Under the pieces are notes generated by a model that saw only the letters and a list, made by a program, of their open reading frames with translations, did no database searches and was not told where the DNA came from. A program made the position numbers and the translations under genes. A DNA stretch of 32,000 nucleotides from Pseudoalteromonas translucida KMM 520 (GTDB lineage Bacteria; Pseudomonadota; Gammaproteobacteria; Enterobacterales; Alteromonadaceae), in NCBI RefSeq assembly GCF_001465295.1, contig NZ_CP011034.1, positions 1,350,001 to 1,382,000 of the forward strand. The letters are read 5' to 3'. How positions within the stretch are numbered: the stretch's first letter is position 1; the number at the start of each line of letters is the position of its first letter. Positions 8,866 through 17,557 of the stretch are shown here, in pieces.

Positions 8866-9261
8866 TTAGTTTCTATTTCTAAAGTCATCAGCAGTTTGCT
8901 TGAGGCCACGCATATAACCATAATCTTTGCACTTTTCATGTGCGTTATTATGGATTACGGCAAATACGTAATGAGCCTCTTCATTCATATATCCATAAGT
9001 GTAGACGATATAGGAATCAGAAGTTTTATTTCTTTCCCACTTATCAGGGCAAGATACTCCTTCGATATATATATGAAGGTGGTGTACCTCAGAATCTTGA
9101 ATATTATCAGGCCGCAAAAAGGGTGCATCTTTACCTATGTAATGAGGCTTCTCTTGTGTGGTGAAATAAGTCTTAAGATCTTTTTTTAAAGGCTCTACAT
9201 CTTTGCCGAGTTTTTTTATTCCGGCTTCAAGTGATGCGCTAAACTGTAATGATACTTCCAA
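8866..9261 (-). CDS. YafO-family mRNA interferase-like toxin (131 aa, TTG start)
   Basis: The length and the pattern IGKDAPF...VHHLHI...NKTSDSYIVYTYG...AHYVFAVIHNNAHEKCKDYGYMRGLKQTADDFRNRN align by eye with E. coli YafO (FGRDA...VAHIHL...SRTNDEAHLVYCQG...AWLLIAILKPEPHKLARDNNQMHKIGKMAEAFRMRF, recalled from memory). The only in-frame start is TTG at 9261, with a weak SD. The gene begins 14 nt after the stop of the upstream ORF. Confidence 0.6.
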   Translation of the reverse strand: MEVSLQFSASLEAGIKKLGKDVEPLKKDLKTYFTTQEKPHYIGKDAPFLRPDNIQDSEVHHLHIYIEGVSCPDKWERNKTSDSYIVYTYGYMNEEAHYVFAVIHNNAHEKCKDYGYMRGLKQTADDFRNRN

Positions 9262-9275
9262 TGTAAATTTCTCAG

Positions 9276-9815
9276 TTAATGAATATTAAAAATCTCATTA
9301 CTAACTGCGTTAGCTGCTATAAAAAAATCTTCAGAAGGTGTGAAACTGCAATTTTTATTAACAGAAGTCTCTTTTAAAGAGCTTCCTAATACTCTACAAA
9401 TATTAGATATATTCTTTCTCAACTGCCCAGATTTAGAAACTAAGTCTTTAAAGTTTTGATGAACTACAGGGCCGTGTGCATTTAATATATCTTGGTTGTA
9501 AAGGCTCCAATTTCTTTTCAGGTATTCAGACACACCACGAAGAGCTAAATCTAGACTAACTAAATCATCTAAGTTTGCTAAGGTTTCTTGGTTAACGGTG
9601 TCAGAATTAGACAGATCAAAATAAACCTGACGAGCTTGAAGTAAAGTTTTATCAAGTTGTACTAATTTTTGCCCAAGCCTAATAGATATATCACTAGCAC
9701 TTATATTAGTAGCTACTGACTTGCTTGGTATTAAAAAACTAACCTCTTCCGAAGCATTAACGGAAAAAGCACTGGAAACCAAAGTTGCTAACAACATAAC
9801 AGTCCCCTTAAACAT
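9276..9815 (-). CDS. Secreted hypothetical protein (179 aa with Sec-type signal peptide)
   Basis: ATG at 9815 is preceded by AGGAG at a 7-nt spacing; the track ORF starts 8 codons earlier at 9839. The N-terminus MFKGTVMLLATLVSSAFSVNA/SEE has a signal-peptide n-h-c architecture with an AxA-like site. The rest looks helical with no recognisable motif. AT-rich. Confidence 0.6.
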   Translation of the reverse strand: MFKGTVMLLATLVSSAFSVNASEEVSFLIPSKSVATNISASDISIRLGQKLVQLDKTLLQARQVYFDLSNSDTVNQETLANLDDLVSLDLALRGVSEYLKRNWSLYNQDILNAHGPVVHQNFKDLVSKSGQLRKNISNICRVLGSSLKETSVNKNCSFTPSEDFFIAANAVSNEIFNIH

Positions 9816-10116
9816 AGCGATACTCCTAGTATAGCGCATTAAATCAAACTACTTCATTCTAACTAACAATAAAATAGTGCGCAGATTATCCATGTATTGA
9901 GATAGAAAACAAGGAAAATAGAAAAATCAGTATAAATAATTATACCTAACAGGCCTTAATAAGGGCTTAATTATGATCTATTTTAATGCCAATTCCATCA
10001 CTTACAGAAGTTACACTATACATATGAGATAGATTTATCAACAAAAGTTTGAATAGATTGTTGGCATTAGCTGTATTGGGACGCGGCACAAGCAGGCTAG
10101 CTGAAAAGCGTTACTC

Positions 10117-10142
10117 ACAAAAAGCCCGCAATTAAGCGGGCT
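10117..10142. repeat. Copy 2 of the 26-bp direct repeat (hairpin followed by TTTT)
   Basis: Identical 26-mer to copy 1, here followed by TTTT (10143-10146) and preceded by an A-run, so it is a bidirectional intrinsic-terminator shape. No plus-strand gene ends immediately upstream of it. Confidence 0.85.
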
Positions 10143-10256
10143 TTTACAGAGTATCGAGTCATCAACCTACAATTATAATATCGTGCTGTATTATGATTGC
10201 GTAATAAAGCTATAATAGGTTTGTTGTTAAGTCTACGACAAATTTACAAATTCCCC

Positions 10257-10286
10257 CTTGAAATACCCACCGACAAGCACAATATT
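10257..10286 (+). promoter_or_regulatory. Putative sigma32 (RpoH) heat-shock promoter of htpG
   Basis: CCCCCTTGAAA (-35; CTTGAAA at 10257-10263), a 14-nt spacer, then CACAATAT (6/8 to CCCCATNT), about 70 nt upstream of the htpG ATG. Confidence 0.55.
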
Positions 10287-10357
10287 TCAGTCATGGTAAG
10301 AACTTCAATTATTCACTTGTGTACCAAAGTGTGTACCAAATAATGAAAGGTAACATT

Positions 10358-12274
10358 ATGACAAATCAAAAAGACATTACAAAACATGAGTTTGGAACAG
10401 ACGCGGGTAAGATACTCAACTTAATGATCCATTCTCTTTATTCTAATAAAGAAATATTTTTACGTGAACTTGTGTCAAATGCCTCAGATGCAGCAGACAA
10501 GTTACGCTTTTTAGCATTATCACAAGGTGATCTGTACCAAGGCGACGCTGACTTACGTGTACGTATTAGCGCTGACAAAGAAGCTAACACCATTACTATT
10601 TCTGATAATGGTATTGGTATGACACGCGATGAAGTAATAAGCTCATTGGGTACTATTGCAAAATCGGGTACTGCTGAATTTTTCAAAAACTTAACTGGCG
10701 ATCAAAGTAAAGACTCGCAGTTAATTGGTCAGTTTGGTGTTGGTTTTTACTCAGCATTTATTGTGGCAGATTTAGTAACGGTACGTACCCGTAAAGCCGG
10801 CGAAACAACGGCTTACGAGTGGGAGTCTCAAGGTGAAGGCGAGTACACGCTGCAAGAAATTGAAAAAGAGGGCCGTGGTACCGACATTATTTTACATCTT
10901 CGCGAAGAAGAAAAAGAGTTTGCTGATGAGTGGCGCCTGCGCAGCATAGTGACTAAATACTCGGATCATATTTCGACCCCAGTACAAATGTACAAAGCAG
11001 AAGTACCAGAGTCTGAAGGTGAAGATGGCGAAAAAATCCCAGCAGTACCAGGTGAGTGGGAAAGTATTAACCGCGCTACTGCACTGTGGACTCGTGATAA
11101 GTCAGAGCTTTCAGATGACGAATACAAAGAGTTTTACAAACACGTAAGCCACGATTGGGAAGACCCACTAAGCTGGGCGCATAACAAGGTAGAAGGTAAA
11201 ACTGAATACACTAGTTTGTTATACATCCCTAAAAAAGCGCCATTCGACTTATGGAATCGTGATCGCCAAAGTGGTTTAAAACTGTACGTACAGCGCGTAT
11301 TTATCATGGATGACGCTGAACAGTTCATGCCAAGTTATTTACGTTTTGTAAAAGGGTTATTGGACTCAAACGATTTACCACTAAACGTATCTCGCGAAAT
11401 TTTACAAGACAACAAAGTAACGCAAGCTATTCGTAAAGGGTGTACATCGCGTATTATTAAAATGCTTGAGCGTATGGCTAAAAACAAAGCTGACGATTAC
11501 CAAGTATTTTGGAATGAATTTGGTCAAGTGATCAAAGAAGGCCCTGCAGAGGATGCAGCTAATAAAGAAGCAATTTGTAAACTATTACGTTTTTCTTCTA
11601 CGCATACCGATTCAGCAACGCAAGATGTATCGCTTGAGCAATATGTTGAGCGCATGAATGAAGGCCAAGACAAAATATACTACGTAGTGGCTGACACGTT
11701 TACTGCTGCGAAAAACTCTCCGCATTTAGAGATTTTCCGTAAAAAAGGCATTGAAGTATTACTGCTAAGCGACCGTGTAGATGAGTGGATGATGAGCCAC
11801 TTAACTGAATTTGCTGATAAGCAACTACAATCAATCACCCGTGGTGATTTAGACTTAGGTAAGCTTGACGACGAAGAGACTAAAAAAGCGCAAGAAGAGT
11901 CTGAAAAAGAAGTTGCCGGTTTAGTAGAGCGTATTAAAACGGCGTTAGGTGATGAAGTTAAAGAAGTACGCTTTACGCATCGTTTAACCGACTCTCCAGC
12001 ATGTGTTGTTAGCGATGACAACGACATGAGCTCACAAATGCAAAAGCTAATGGAGTCGGTTGGTCAAGCTGCTCCTGAAGCAAAACCTGTGTTTGAGCTA
12101 AACCCAGAGCATCAACTTGTTAAGCATTTAAATGATGAGCAAGACGAAGATAAGTTTGCACAGTGGTCGCATGTACTACTTGACCAAGCGCTACTTGCAG
12201 AGCGTGGCACACTTAAAGACCCTACAGGGTTTGTAACTCGCTTAAATAAACTAATGCTTGAATTAAGCAAATAA
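10358..12274 (+). CDS. htpG: Molecular chaperone HtpG (Hsp90)
   Basis: [51 protein letters not shown] is near-identical in pattern to the E. coli HtpG N-terminus. ATG at 10358 is preceded by AAAGG. The track's GTG start at 10319 is an upstream extension. Confidence 0.97.
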   Translation: MTNQKDITKHEFGTDAGKILNLMIHSLYSNKEIFLRELVSNASDAADKLRFLALSQGDLYQGDADLRVRISADKEANTITISDNGIGMTRDEVISSLGTIAKSGTAEFFKNLTGDQSKDSQLIGQFGVGFYSAFIVADLVTVRTRKAGETTAYEWESQGEGEYTLQEIEKEGRGTDIILHLREEEKEFADEWRLRSIVTKYSDHISTPVQMYKAEVPESEGEDGEKIPAVPGEWESINRATALWTRDKSELSDDEYKEFYKHVSHDWEDPLSWAHNKVEGKTEYTSLLYIPKKAPFDLWNRDRQSGLKLYVQRVFIMDDAEQFMPSYLRFVKGLLDSNDLPLNVSREILQDNKVTQAIRKGCTSRIIKMLERMAKNKADDYQVFWNEFGQVIKEGPAEDAANKEAICKLLRFSSTHTDSATQDVSLEQYVERMNEGQDKIYYVVADTFTAAKNSPHLEIFRKKGIEVLLLSDRVDEWMMSHLTEFADKQLQSITRGDLDLGKLDDEETKKAQEESEKEVAGLVERIKTALGDEVKEVRFTHRLTDSPACVVSDDNDMSSQMQKLMESVGQAAPEAKPVFELNPEHQLVKHLNDEQDEDKFAQWSHVLLDQALLAERGTLKDPTGFVTRLNKLMLELSK

Positions 12275-12300
12275 GTTTAAAAAATGAAAGATTAAGTTAA

Positions 12301-13083
<783 letters not shown>

Positions 13084-13103
13084 TTTACAGTCCTATATTA
13101 AAT

Positions 13104-13138
13104 AAAAAACCGCTAATGTAAAATTTAGCGGTTTTTTT
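13104..13138. terminator. Bidirectional terminator between adk (+) and tpx (-)
   Basis: AAAAAACCGCTAA-TGTAAAAT-TTAGCGGTTTTTTT, with A- and T-runs on the two sides. Confidence 0.8.
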
Positions 13139-13157
13139 GTGCAGAGTTTAGGTTAAT

Positions 13158-13739
13158 TTAGAGTGCCTTTAGTTTTTCAATCACGCTGGCGTATTCTGGT
13201 TCAGTTGCAAGGCTACTCACTAATTGCTTATAAACCACGTTATGGTTTTTATCTAAAATAAGTACAGCGCGTGTTAACAGCCCCATATCTTTAATTATAA
13301 ATCCATACTTCTGACCAAAGTCGTGCCATACCGAATCAGAAAGCACAATTACCTTATCTATGTTCTCAGCTTTGCAAAAACGTTTTTGCGCAAAAGGTAA
13401 ATCGCTACTAATGGTCAACATGATTATGTTTGGAAATTGTTGTGCTACTTTTTCGTTAAAGTGTTTAGTTTGTAGGCTGCAAATACCGGTATCTAAACTA
13501 GGTACTACGCTAATCAAAACGGCTTGGCCTTTATACGCACTCAATGTAACAGGGGTAAAGTTAGCGTCGACCACTTTAAACTCTGGTGCGCTATCACCTA
13601 TAGCAACTCCCTCACCTAATAAAGTAACAGGTTTGCCTTGTGCAGAGACTTTGCCTGCATCAAGCGTGTTTTCGGTATAATCGGCAGCAAAAGCCACAGA
13701 ACTAAATGCACTTAATGCAAAAATTAACGAGCGAAACAT
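13158..13739 (-). CDS. tpx: Thiol peroxidase (Tpx, atypical 2-Cys peroxiredoxin) with an N-terminal signal peptide
   Basis: SLDTGICSLQ (peroxidatic Cys) and KRFCKAE (resolving Cys) motifs. The start was chosen at MFRSLIFALSAFSSVAFA/ADY (ATG 13739). The upstream 22 codons of the track ORF look non-coding. Confidence 0.9.
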   Translation of the reverse strand: MFRSLIFALSAFSSVAFAADYTENTLDAGKVSAQGKPVTLLGEGVAIGDSAPEFKVVDANFTPVTLSAYKGQAVLISVVPSLDTGICSLQTKHFNEKVAQQFPNIIMLTISSDLPFAQKRFCKAENIDKVIVLSDSVWHDFGQKYGFIIKDMGLLTRAVLILDKNHNVVYKQLVSSLATEPEYASVIEKLKAL

Positions 13740-13963
13740 AGGGTATTTCCTTTTAGATTCAGGCTGTAATAGCGTTAAGTGTATTATACTCGAAGTGCTC
13801 ACCAAGCAGAATAAGCATGTGCTTTTATTTATTAATCAAAAATTGTAAACAAGGTATACTTTGATATAACATACACATGTAAAAAATATGTATATAAAAA
13901 TAATAATTAAACCTTTATTAATGCAGTTTGATACCTAGAATAGGGTCAAAATAGAGAGAGAAT

Positions 13964-14968
13964 ATGTCGACATCGGTACTAATATGTGATGATTCAAAAT
14001 TAGCTAGACGCCAGTTAGCTCGATCTTTGCCAGAGGATTGGGATATTAAAATTGAATTTGCGCATGACGGTGTAGATTGTATAAACCAAATAAAAAAATT
14101 ACAGCCCGAAATTCTTTTTCTTGATTTAAATATGCCGGAAATGGATGGCTATGAAGTACTCATAGCAATACGAGAGCTGGGTCTTAATGTGCTCACTGTG
14201 GTGGTTTCTGGCGATATTCAGCCGGCGGCACATGAGCGTGTATTAGAACTAGGTGCAATTGATTTTATTCAAAAACCTTGCTCCGCAGAAAAGCTAGCCA
14301 CTATTATTGAACATCACGGCATTAAAGACAAAGCAATACGAGAACGCCTTGCGCATTCGTTAGGTGAGCAGGTAGACCCAGATGTGCGAGATATATACCA
14401 AGAGCTTACTAACGTAGCCATGGGGCAAGCAGGGGATCTGCTGGCAAGGTTACTGAATGTATTTGTTAAGCTGCCCATACCAAATGTTAATATTTTAGAG
14501 GTAAATGAGCTTGATATGGCGCTGCGCTCAATTGATAACAGCACCTCAACCTCGGGTATTTGCCAAGGTTTTATAGGCGGCGGTGTATCAGGAGAAGCGT
14601 TATTACTTTTAAATGACTCGAGCTTTAAAGAAATAGCATCGCTAATGAACTACGACGGTGAGCTTAACGAAAAAGTAGAGCTAGAGTTGTTAATGGATAT
14701 CAGCAATATACTTATTGGCGCTATTTTAACAGGACTCTCTAAGCAGCTCGATATGACATTTAGCCAAGGGCATCCCATAGTCCTGGGCCAGCACCGAGAT
14801 GTATCAGAGCTGGTTAAATCTAACAAACCACGCTGGCAACGTACCTTAGCAATTGAAATAAGTTACGGTATTGAAAACCACGATATAAATTGCGATTTGA
14901 TGTTGTTATTTACCGAAGACTCACTAAAAACTTTGAAGTACAAAGTTGCCTACCTATTAGAAGATTAA
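13964..14968 (+). CDS. Response regulator: CheY-like receiver fused to a CheC/CheX-like phosphatase domain
   Basis: REC hallmarks are present: CDDS acidic pocket, FLDLNMPEMDG phospho-Asp, FIQKP Lys. The C-terminal half carries D-x3-E-x2-N-x22-P (DIYQELTN at 14390-14413, then 22 residues, then P), which is exactly the CheC active-site consensus. A second, degenerate copy follows (E-x3-D-x2-N-x22-P: ELLMDISN...GHP). Confidence 0.8.
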   Translation: MSTSVLICDDSKLARRQLARSLPEDWDIKIEFAHDGVDCINQIKKLQPEILFLDLNMPEMDGYEVLIAIRELGLNVLTVVVSGDIQPAAHERVLELGAIDFIQKPCSAEKLATIIEHHGIKDKAIRERLAHSLGEQVDPDVRDIYQELTNVAMGQAGDLLARLLNVFVKLPIPNVNILEVNELDMALRSIDNSTSTSGICQGFIGGGVSGEALLLLNDSSFKEIASLMNYDGELNEKVELELLMDISNILIGAILTGLSKQLDMTFSQGHPIVLGQHRDVSELVKSNKPRWQRTLAIEISYGIENHDINCDLMLLFTEDSLKTLKYKVAYLLED

Positions 14969-14973
14969 CGATT

Positions 14974-15945
14974 ATGTCAGCTGATTTAAATATGAATGAA
15001 ATCCATTGGTTAATGGATATGTTTAATACTGTTGATGTGGGCCTAGTGGTGCTCGACAGAGAATATAAAGTGTGTGTGTGGAATGGTTTTATGGAAAATC
15101 ATTCAGGATTACTGCCAAGCGCAGTTAAGCACAAAGACTTGTTTGATTTATTTCCCGCAATAGATGAAAAATGGTTTAGAAGTAAATCTGAATCCGTATT
15201 TGTATTAAAAAACCGCTCGTTTACAATTTGGGAACAGCAGCCTTATATTTTTCGCTTTAAAAACTATCGACCAATTACCGGTAAAGCAGATTATATGTAC
15301 CAAAACGCCACTTTTATTCCACTAACAAATACCCGTGGTGACGTTGAGCATATATGCATTATTATTTACGATGTAACCGATGTAGCCGTTAATAAAAAAG
15401 AACTCGAACAGTTAAATAAAAAACTTGAGCAAGTGAGTCAAACCGACAGCTTAACGCAGCTCGCTAACCGAGGGCATTGGGAGCATACGTTACGCCAAGA
15501 GTTTTTGCGTACTAAACGCAGTGGTGGTTGCAGTACTTTATTAATGTTTGATATTGACCACTTTAAAAAAGTGAACGATGAGTATGGCCACAGTTGTGGT
15601 GATGAGGCATTGCGTCATATTGCAAAACTACTAAAAGACACTTTGCGCGAAACCGATATAGCAGGGCGCTACGGTGGTGAAGAATTTGCTATCACCTTAC
15701 TCGATACCGATAAACAAGGAGCACTGATAATAGCTGAGCGTTTACGCGAGCTAATAGCGGCAACTCCGGTGGTTTACAAAGATCAGCTAGTGAGTATGAC
15801 GGTCAGTATTGGCATTGCCTCTTATAGTAATGAATTTAAAAATCATGAACGCTGGATTGAGGCGGCCGATAAAGCACTTTATAATTCAAAACATAATGGT
15901 AGAAATAGTATTACTATGTTTGACAATGTAAAAAATGACGGCTAA
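14974..15945 (+). CDS. PAS-GGDEF diguanylate cyclase (GGEEF active site, RxxD I-site)
   Basis: ATG at 14974 lies 5 nt after the upstream stop. The N-terminal region is PAS-like. RYGGEEF (GGEEF codons 15673-15687) has RETD five residues upstream, forming an intact I-site. The track's upstream extension from 14890 overlaps the previous gene and was rejected. Confidence 0.9.
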   Translation: MSADLNMNEIHWLMDMFNTVDVGLVVLDREYKVCVWNGFMENHSGLLPSAVKHKDLFDLFPAIDEKWFRSKSESVFVLKNRSFTIWEQQPYIFRFKNYRPITGKADYMYQNATFIPLTNTRGDVEHICIIIYDVTDVAVNKKELEQLNKKLEQVSQTDSLTQLANRGHWEHTLRQEFLRTKRSGGCSTLLMFDIDHFKKVNDEYGHSCGDEALRHIAKLLKDTLRETDIAGRYGGEEFAITLLDTDKQGALIIAERLRELIAATPVVYKDQLVSMTVSIGIASYSNEFKNHERWIEAADKALYNSKHNGRNSITMFDNVKNDG

Positions 15946-15958
15946 GCGTCATTTTTTA
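15931..15958. terminator. Terminator hairpin containing the cyclase stop codon
   Basis: AAAAAATGACG-GCTAAG-CGTCATTTTTT, an 11-bp perfect stem flanked by A/T runs; TAA lies in the loop. Confidence 0.8.
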
Positions 15959-16023
15959 CATTGGTTAGTTAACGCGAGTATGCAGCGTTGCTTAATAAAT
16001 CTATTATCCATAACCTAGGTTAT

Positions 16024-17538
16024 TTACTCTGTAGTATGACGATAATCATCTATTGGACATTGACTAAGAATAGAAACCTCACCGCTACTCGACTCTTGCT
16101 CTAGCTTTACTTTAAACCCCCATAAACGGTACAGATGTTTAAGCACTTCATCGTGTGAGTTAGCGAGCGGAATATTATTGTGCGGCACATAACGTAATGT
16201 AAGTGATCTGTCGCCTCTAATATCAACATTATAGATTTGAATATTAGGCTCGTGATTGCTTAAATTATATTGCGCCGACAACGCTTCTCTCACTGCTTGA
16301 TAACCATTATCATCATGAATAGCACCTATTTCTAAGTGAGAGTTATTTGTATGATCAACAATAGTAAATAATTTAAAGTCACGGATCAGTTTAGGCGATA
16401 AAAACTGGCTTATAAAACTCTCATCTTTAAAGTTTTGCATTGCAAAGTGCAGCGTGTCGAGCCAATTACTGCCAGCATACTGCGGGAACCAGCGTTTATC
16501 TTCCTCTGTTGGCTGCTCACAAATACGGCGAATGTCTACCATCATATTAAAGCCCAGAGCATAAGGGTTTATACCCGAGTAATATTGGCTATTATAAGGC
16601 GGTTGATAGATCACATTAGTGTGGCTTTGTAAAAACTCCATCATAAATGAATCAGTCAATTTTCCTTCGTCATATAAGTGATTCAAAATAGTATAATGCC
16701 AGAATGTAGCCCAACCTTCATTCATCACCTGGGTTTGTTTTTGCGGATAAAAATATTGCGATATTTTACGTACAATCCGAATGATTTCACGCTGCCATGA
16801 CTCTAGCAGCGGCGCATTTTTTTCAATAAAGTATAAAATATTTTCTTGTGGCTCTTGTGGAAAATGACGCTCATGCTTTTTAGCTTCTTGTTGTTGCGCT
16901 GGAATAGTGCGCCACAACTCGTTTACTTGTGATTGTAGATAGTCTTTTCGTTCTTGCTGGCGCTTTTGTTCTTCAAATAATGAAATACGTTGCGGGCGCT
17001 TGTATCTGTCTACGCCGTAATTCATTAGCGCATGGCAAGAGTCGAGCAGGGTTTCTACCTCAGTAATACCGTATTTTTCTTCGCAGCGGCTAATGTACTT
17101 TTTAGCAAACAGTAGGTAATCGATAATTGAGCCGGCGTCGGTCCAGGTTTTAAATAAGTAATTCCCTTTAAAAAAAGAATTATGCCCATAACAAGCATGC
17201 GCCATAACCAGTGCTTGCATGGGCAGGGTGTTTTCTTCCATTAAATAGGCAATGCACGGATCGGAGTTAATGACGATTTCGTAGGCTAATCCCATTTGAC
17301 CGCGTTTATAATTTTGCTCAGTTTGAATAAACTTTTTACCGTATGACCAATGGCTATAGCCTATAGGCATACCAACGCTAGAATAGGCATCCATCATCTG
17401 CTCAGCGGTGATCACTTCAATTTGATTAGGGTACGTGTCTAAGCGATAGTGCTGTGCAACACGGGCTATTTCATCACGGTACTGGGCCAATAACTCAAAA
17501 GTCCAATCTGGGCCATCACTTATATGTTTATCCTTCAT
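16024..17538 (-). CDS. ycgB: SpoVR family protein (YcgB)
   Basis: MKDKHISDGPDWTFELL... is a full-length SpoVR/YcgB-like sequence. ATG at 17538 is preceded by GAGG and lies 19 nt after the yeaH stop. The track's 40-codon extension overlaps yeaH. Confidence 0.9.
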   Translation of the reverse strand: MKDKHISDGPDWTFELLAQYRDEIARVAQHYRLDTYPNQIEVITAEQMMDAYSSVGMPIGYSHWSYGKKFIQTEQNYKRGQMGLAYEIVINSDPCIAYLMEENTLPMQALVMAHACYGHNSFFKGNYLFKTWTDAGSIIDYLLFAKKYISRCEEKYGITEVETLLDSCHALMNYGVDRYKRPQRISLFEEQKRQQERKDYLQSQVNELWRTIPAQQQEAKKHERHFPQEPQENILYFIEKNAPLLESWQREIIRIVRKISQYFYPQKQTQVMNEGWATFWHYTILNHLYDEGKLTDSFMMEFLQSHTNVIYQPPYNSQYYSGINPYALGFNMMVDIRRICEQPTEEDKRWFPQYAGSNWLDTLHFAMQNFKDESFISQFLSPKLIRDFKLFTIVDHTNNSHLEIGAIHDDNGYQAVREALSAQYNLSNHEPNIQIYNVDIRGDRSLTLRYVPHNNIPLANSHDEVLKHLYRLWGFKVKLEQESSSGEVSILSQCPIDDYRHTTE

Positions 17539-17557
17539 ATTTACTACCTCGCTTAGG

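Noticed and set aside
8896-9189. Plus-strand ORFs of 97 aa and 74 aa overlapping the yafO-like gene.
   Set aside because: They are antisense to an ORF with a recognisable family resemblance. They are AT-rich, their products are Ile/Phe/Tyr-rich nonsense-like sequences, and I did not see a convincing ribosome-binding context for either.
8831-10142. The repeat-bracketed cassette as an integron gene cassette with attC sites.
   Set aside because: The 26-mers lack the GTTRRRY core and R''/L''-L'/R' architecture of attC. The cassette holds two genes with their own intergenic space, and no intI or attI is visible in the window.
10319-10357. 5' extensions of track ORFs: htpG from GTG 10319, adk from 12370, tpx from 13805, ycgB from 17658, yeaG from 20806, recN from 24594, grpE from 27344, the porin from 31144 and the secreted protein from 9839.
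   Set aside because: In each case an internal ATG with a proper SD gives an N-terminus matching the known family start or a clean signal peptide. The extensions overlap upstream genes or promoters.
13806-13963. ATACAT...ATGTAT inverted repeat in the tpx/response-regulator intergenic region as an operator.
   Set aside because: It is a short AT-rich palindrome in AT-rich promoter DNA and is expected by chance.
14890-14973. An 84-nt upstream extension of the GGDEF ORF overlapping the end of the REC-CheC gene.
   Set aside because: ATG 14974 lies 5 nt after the upstream stop and begins a sensible PAS N-terminus. The extension encodes no recognisable sequence in the overlap.
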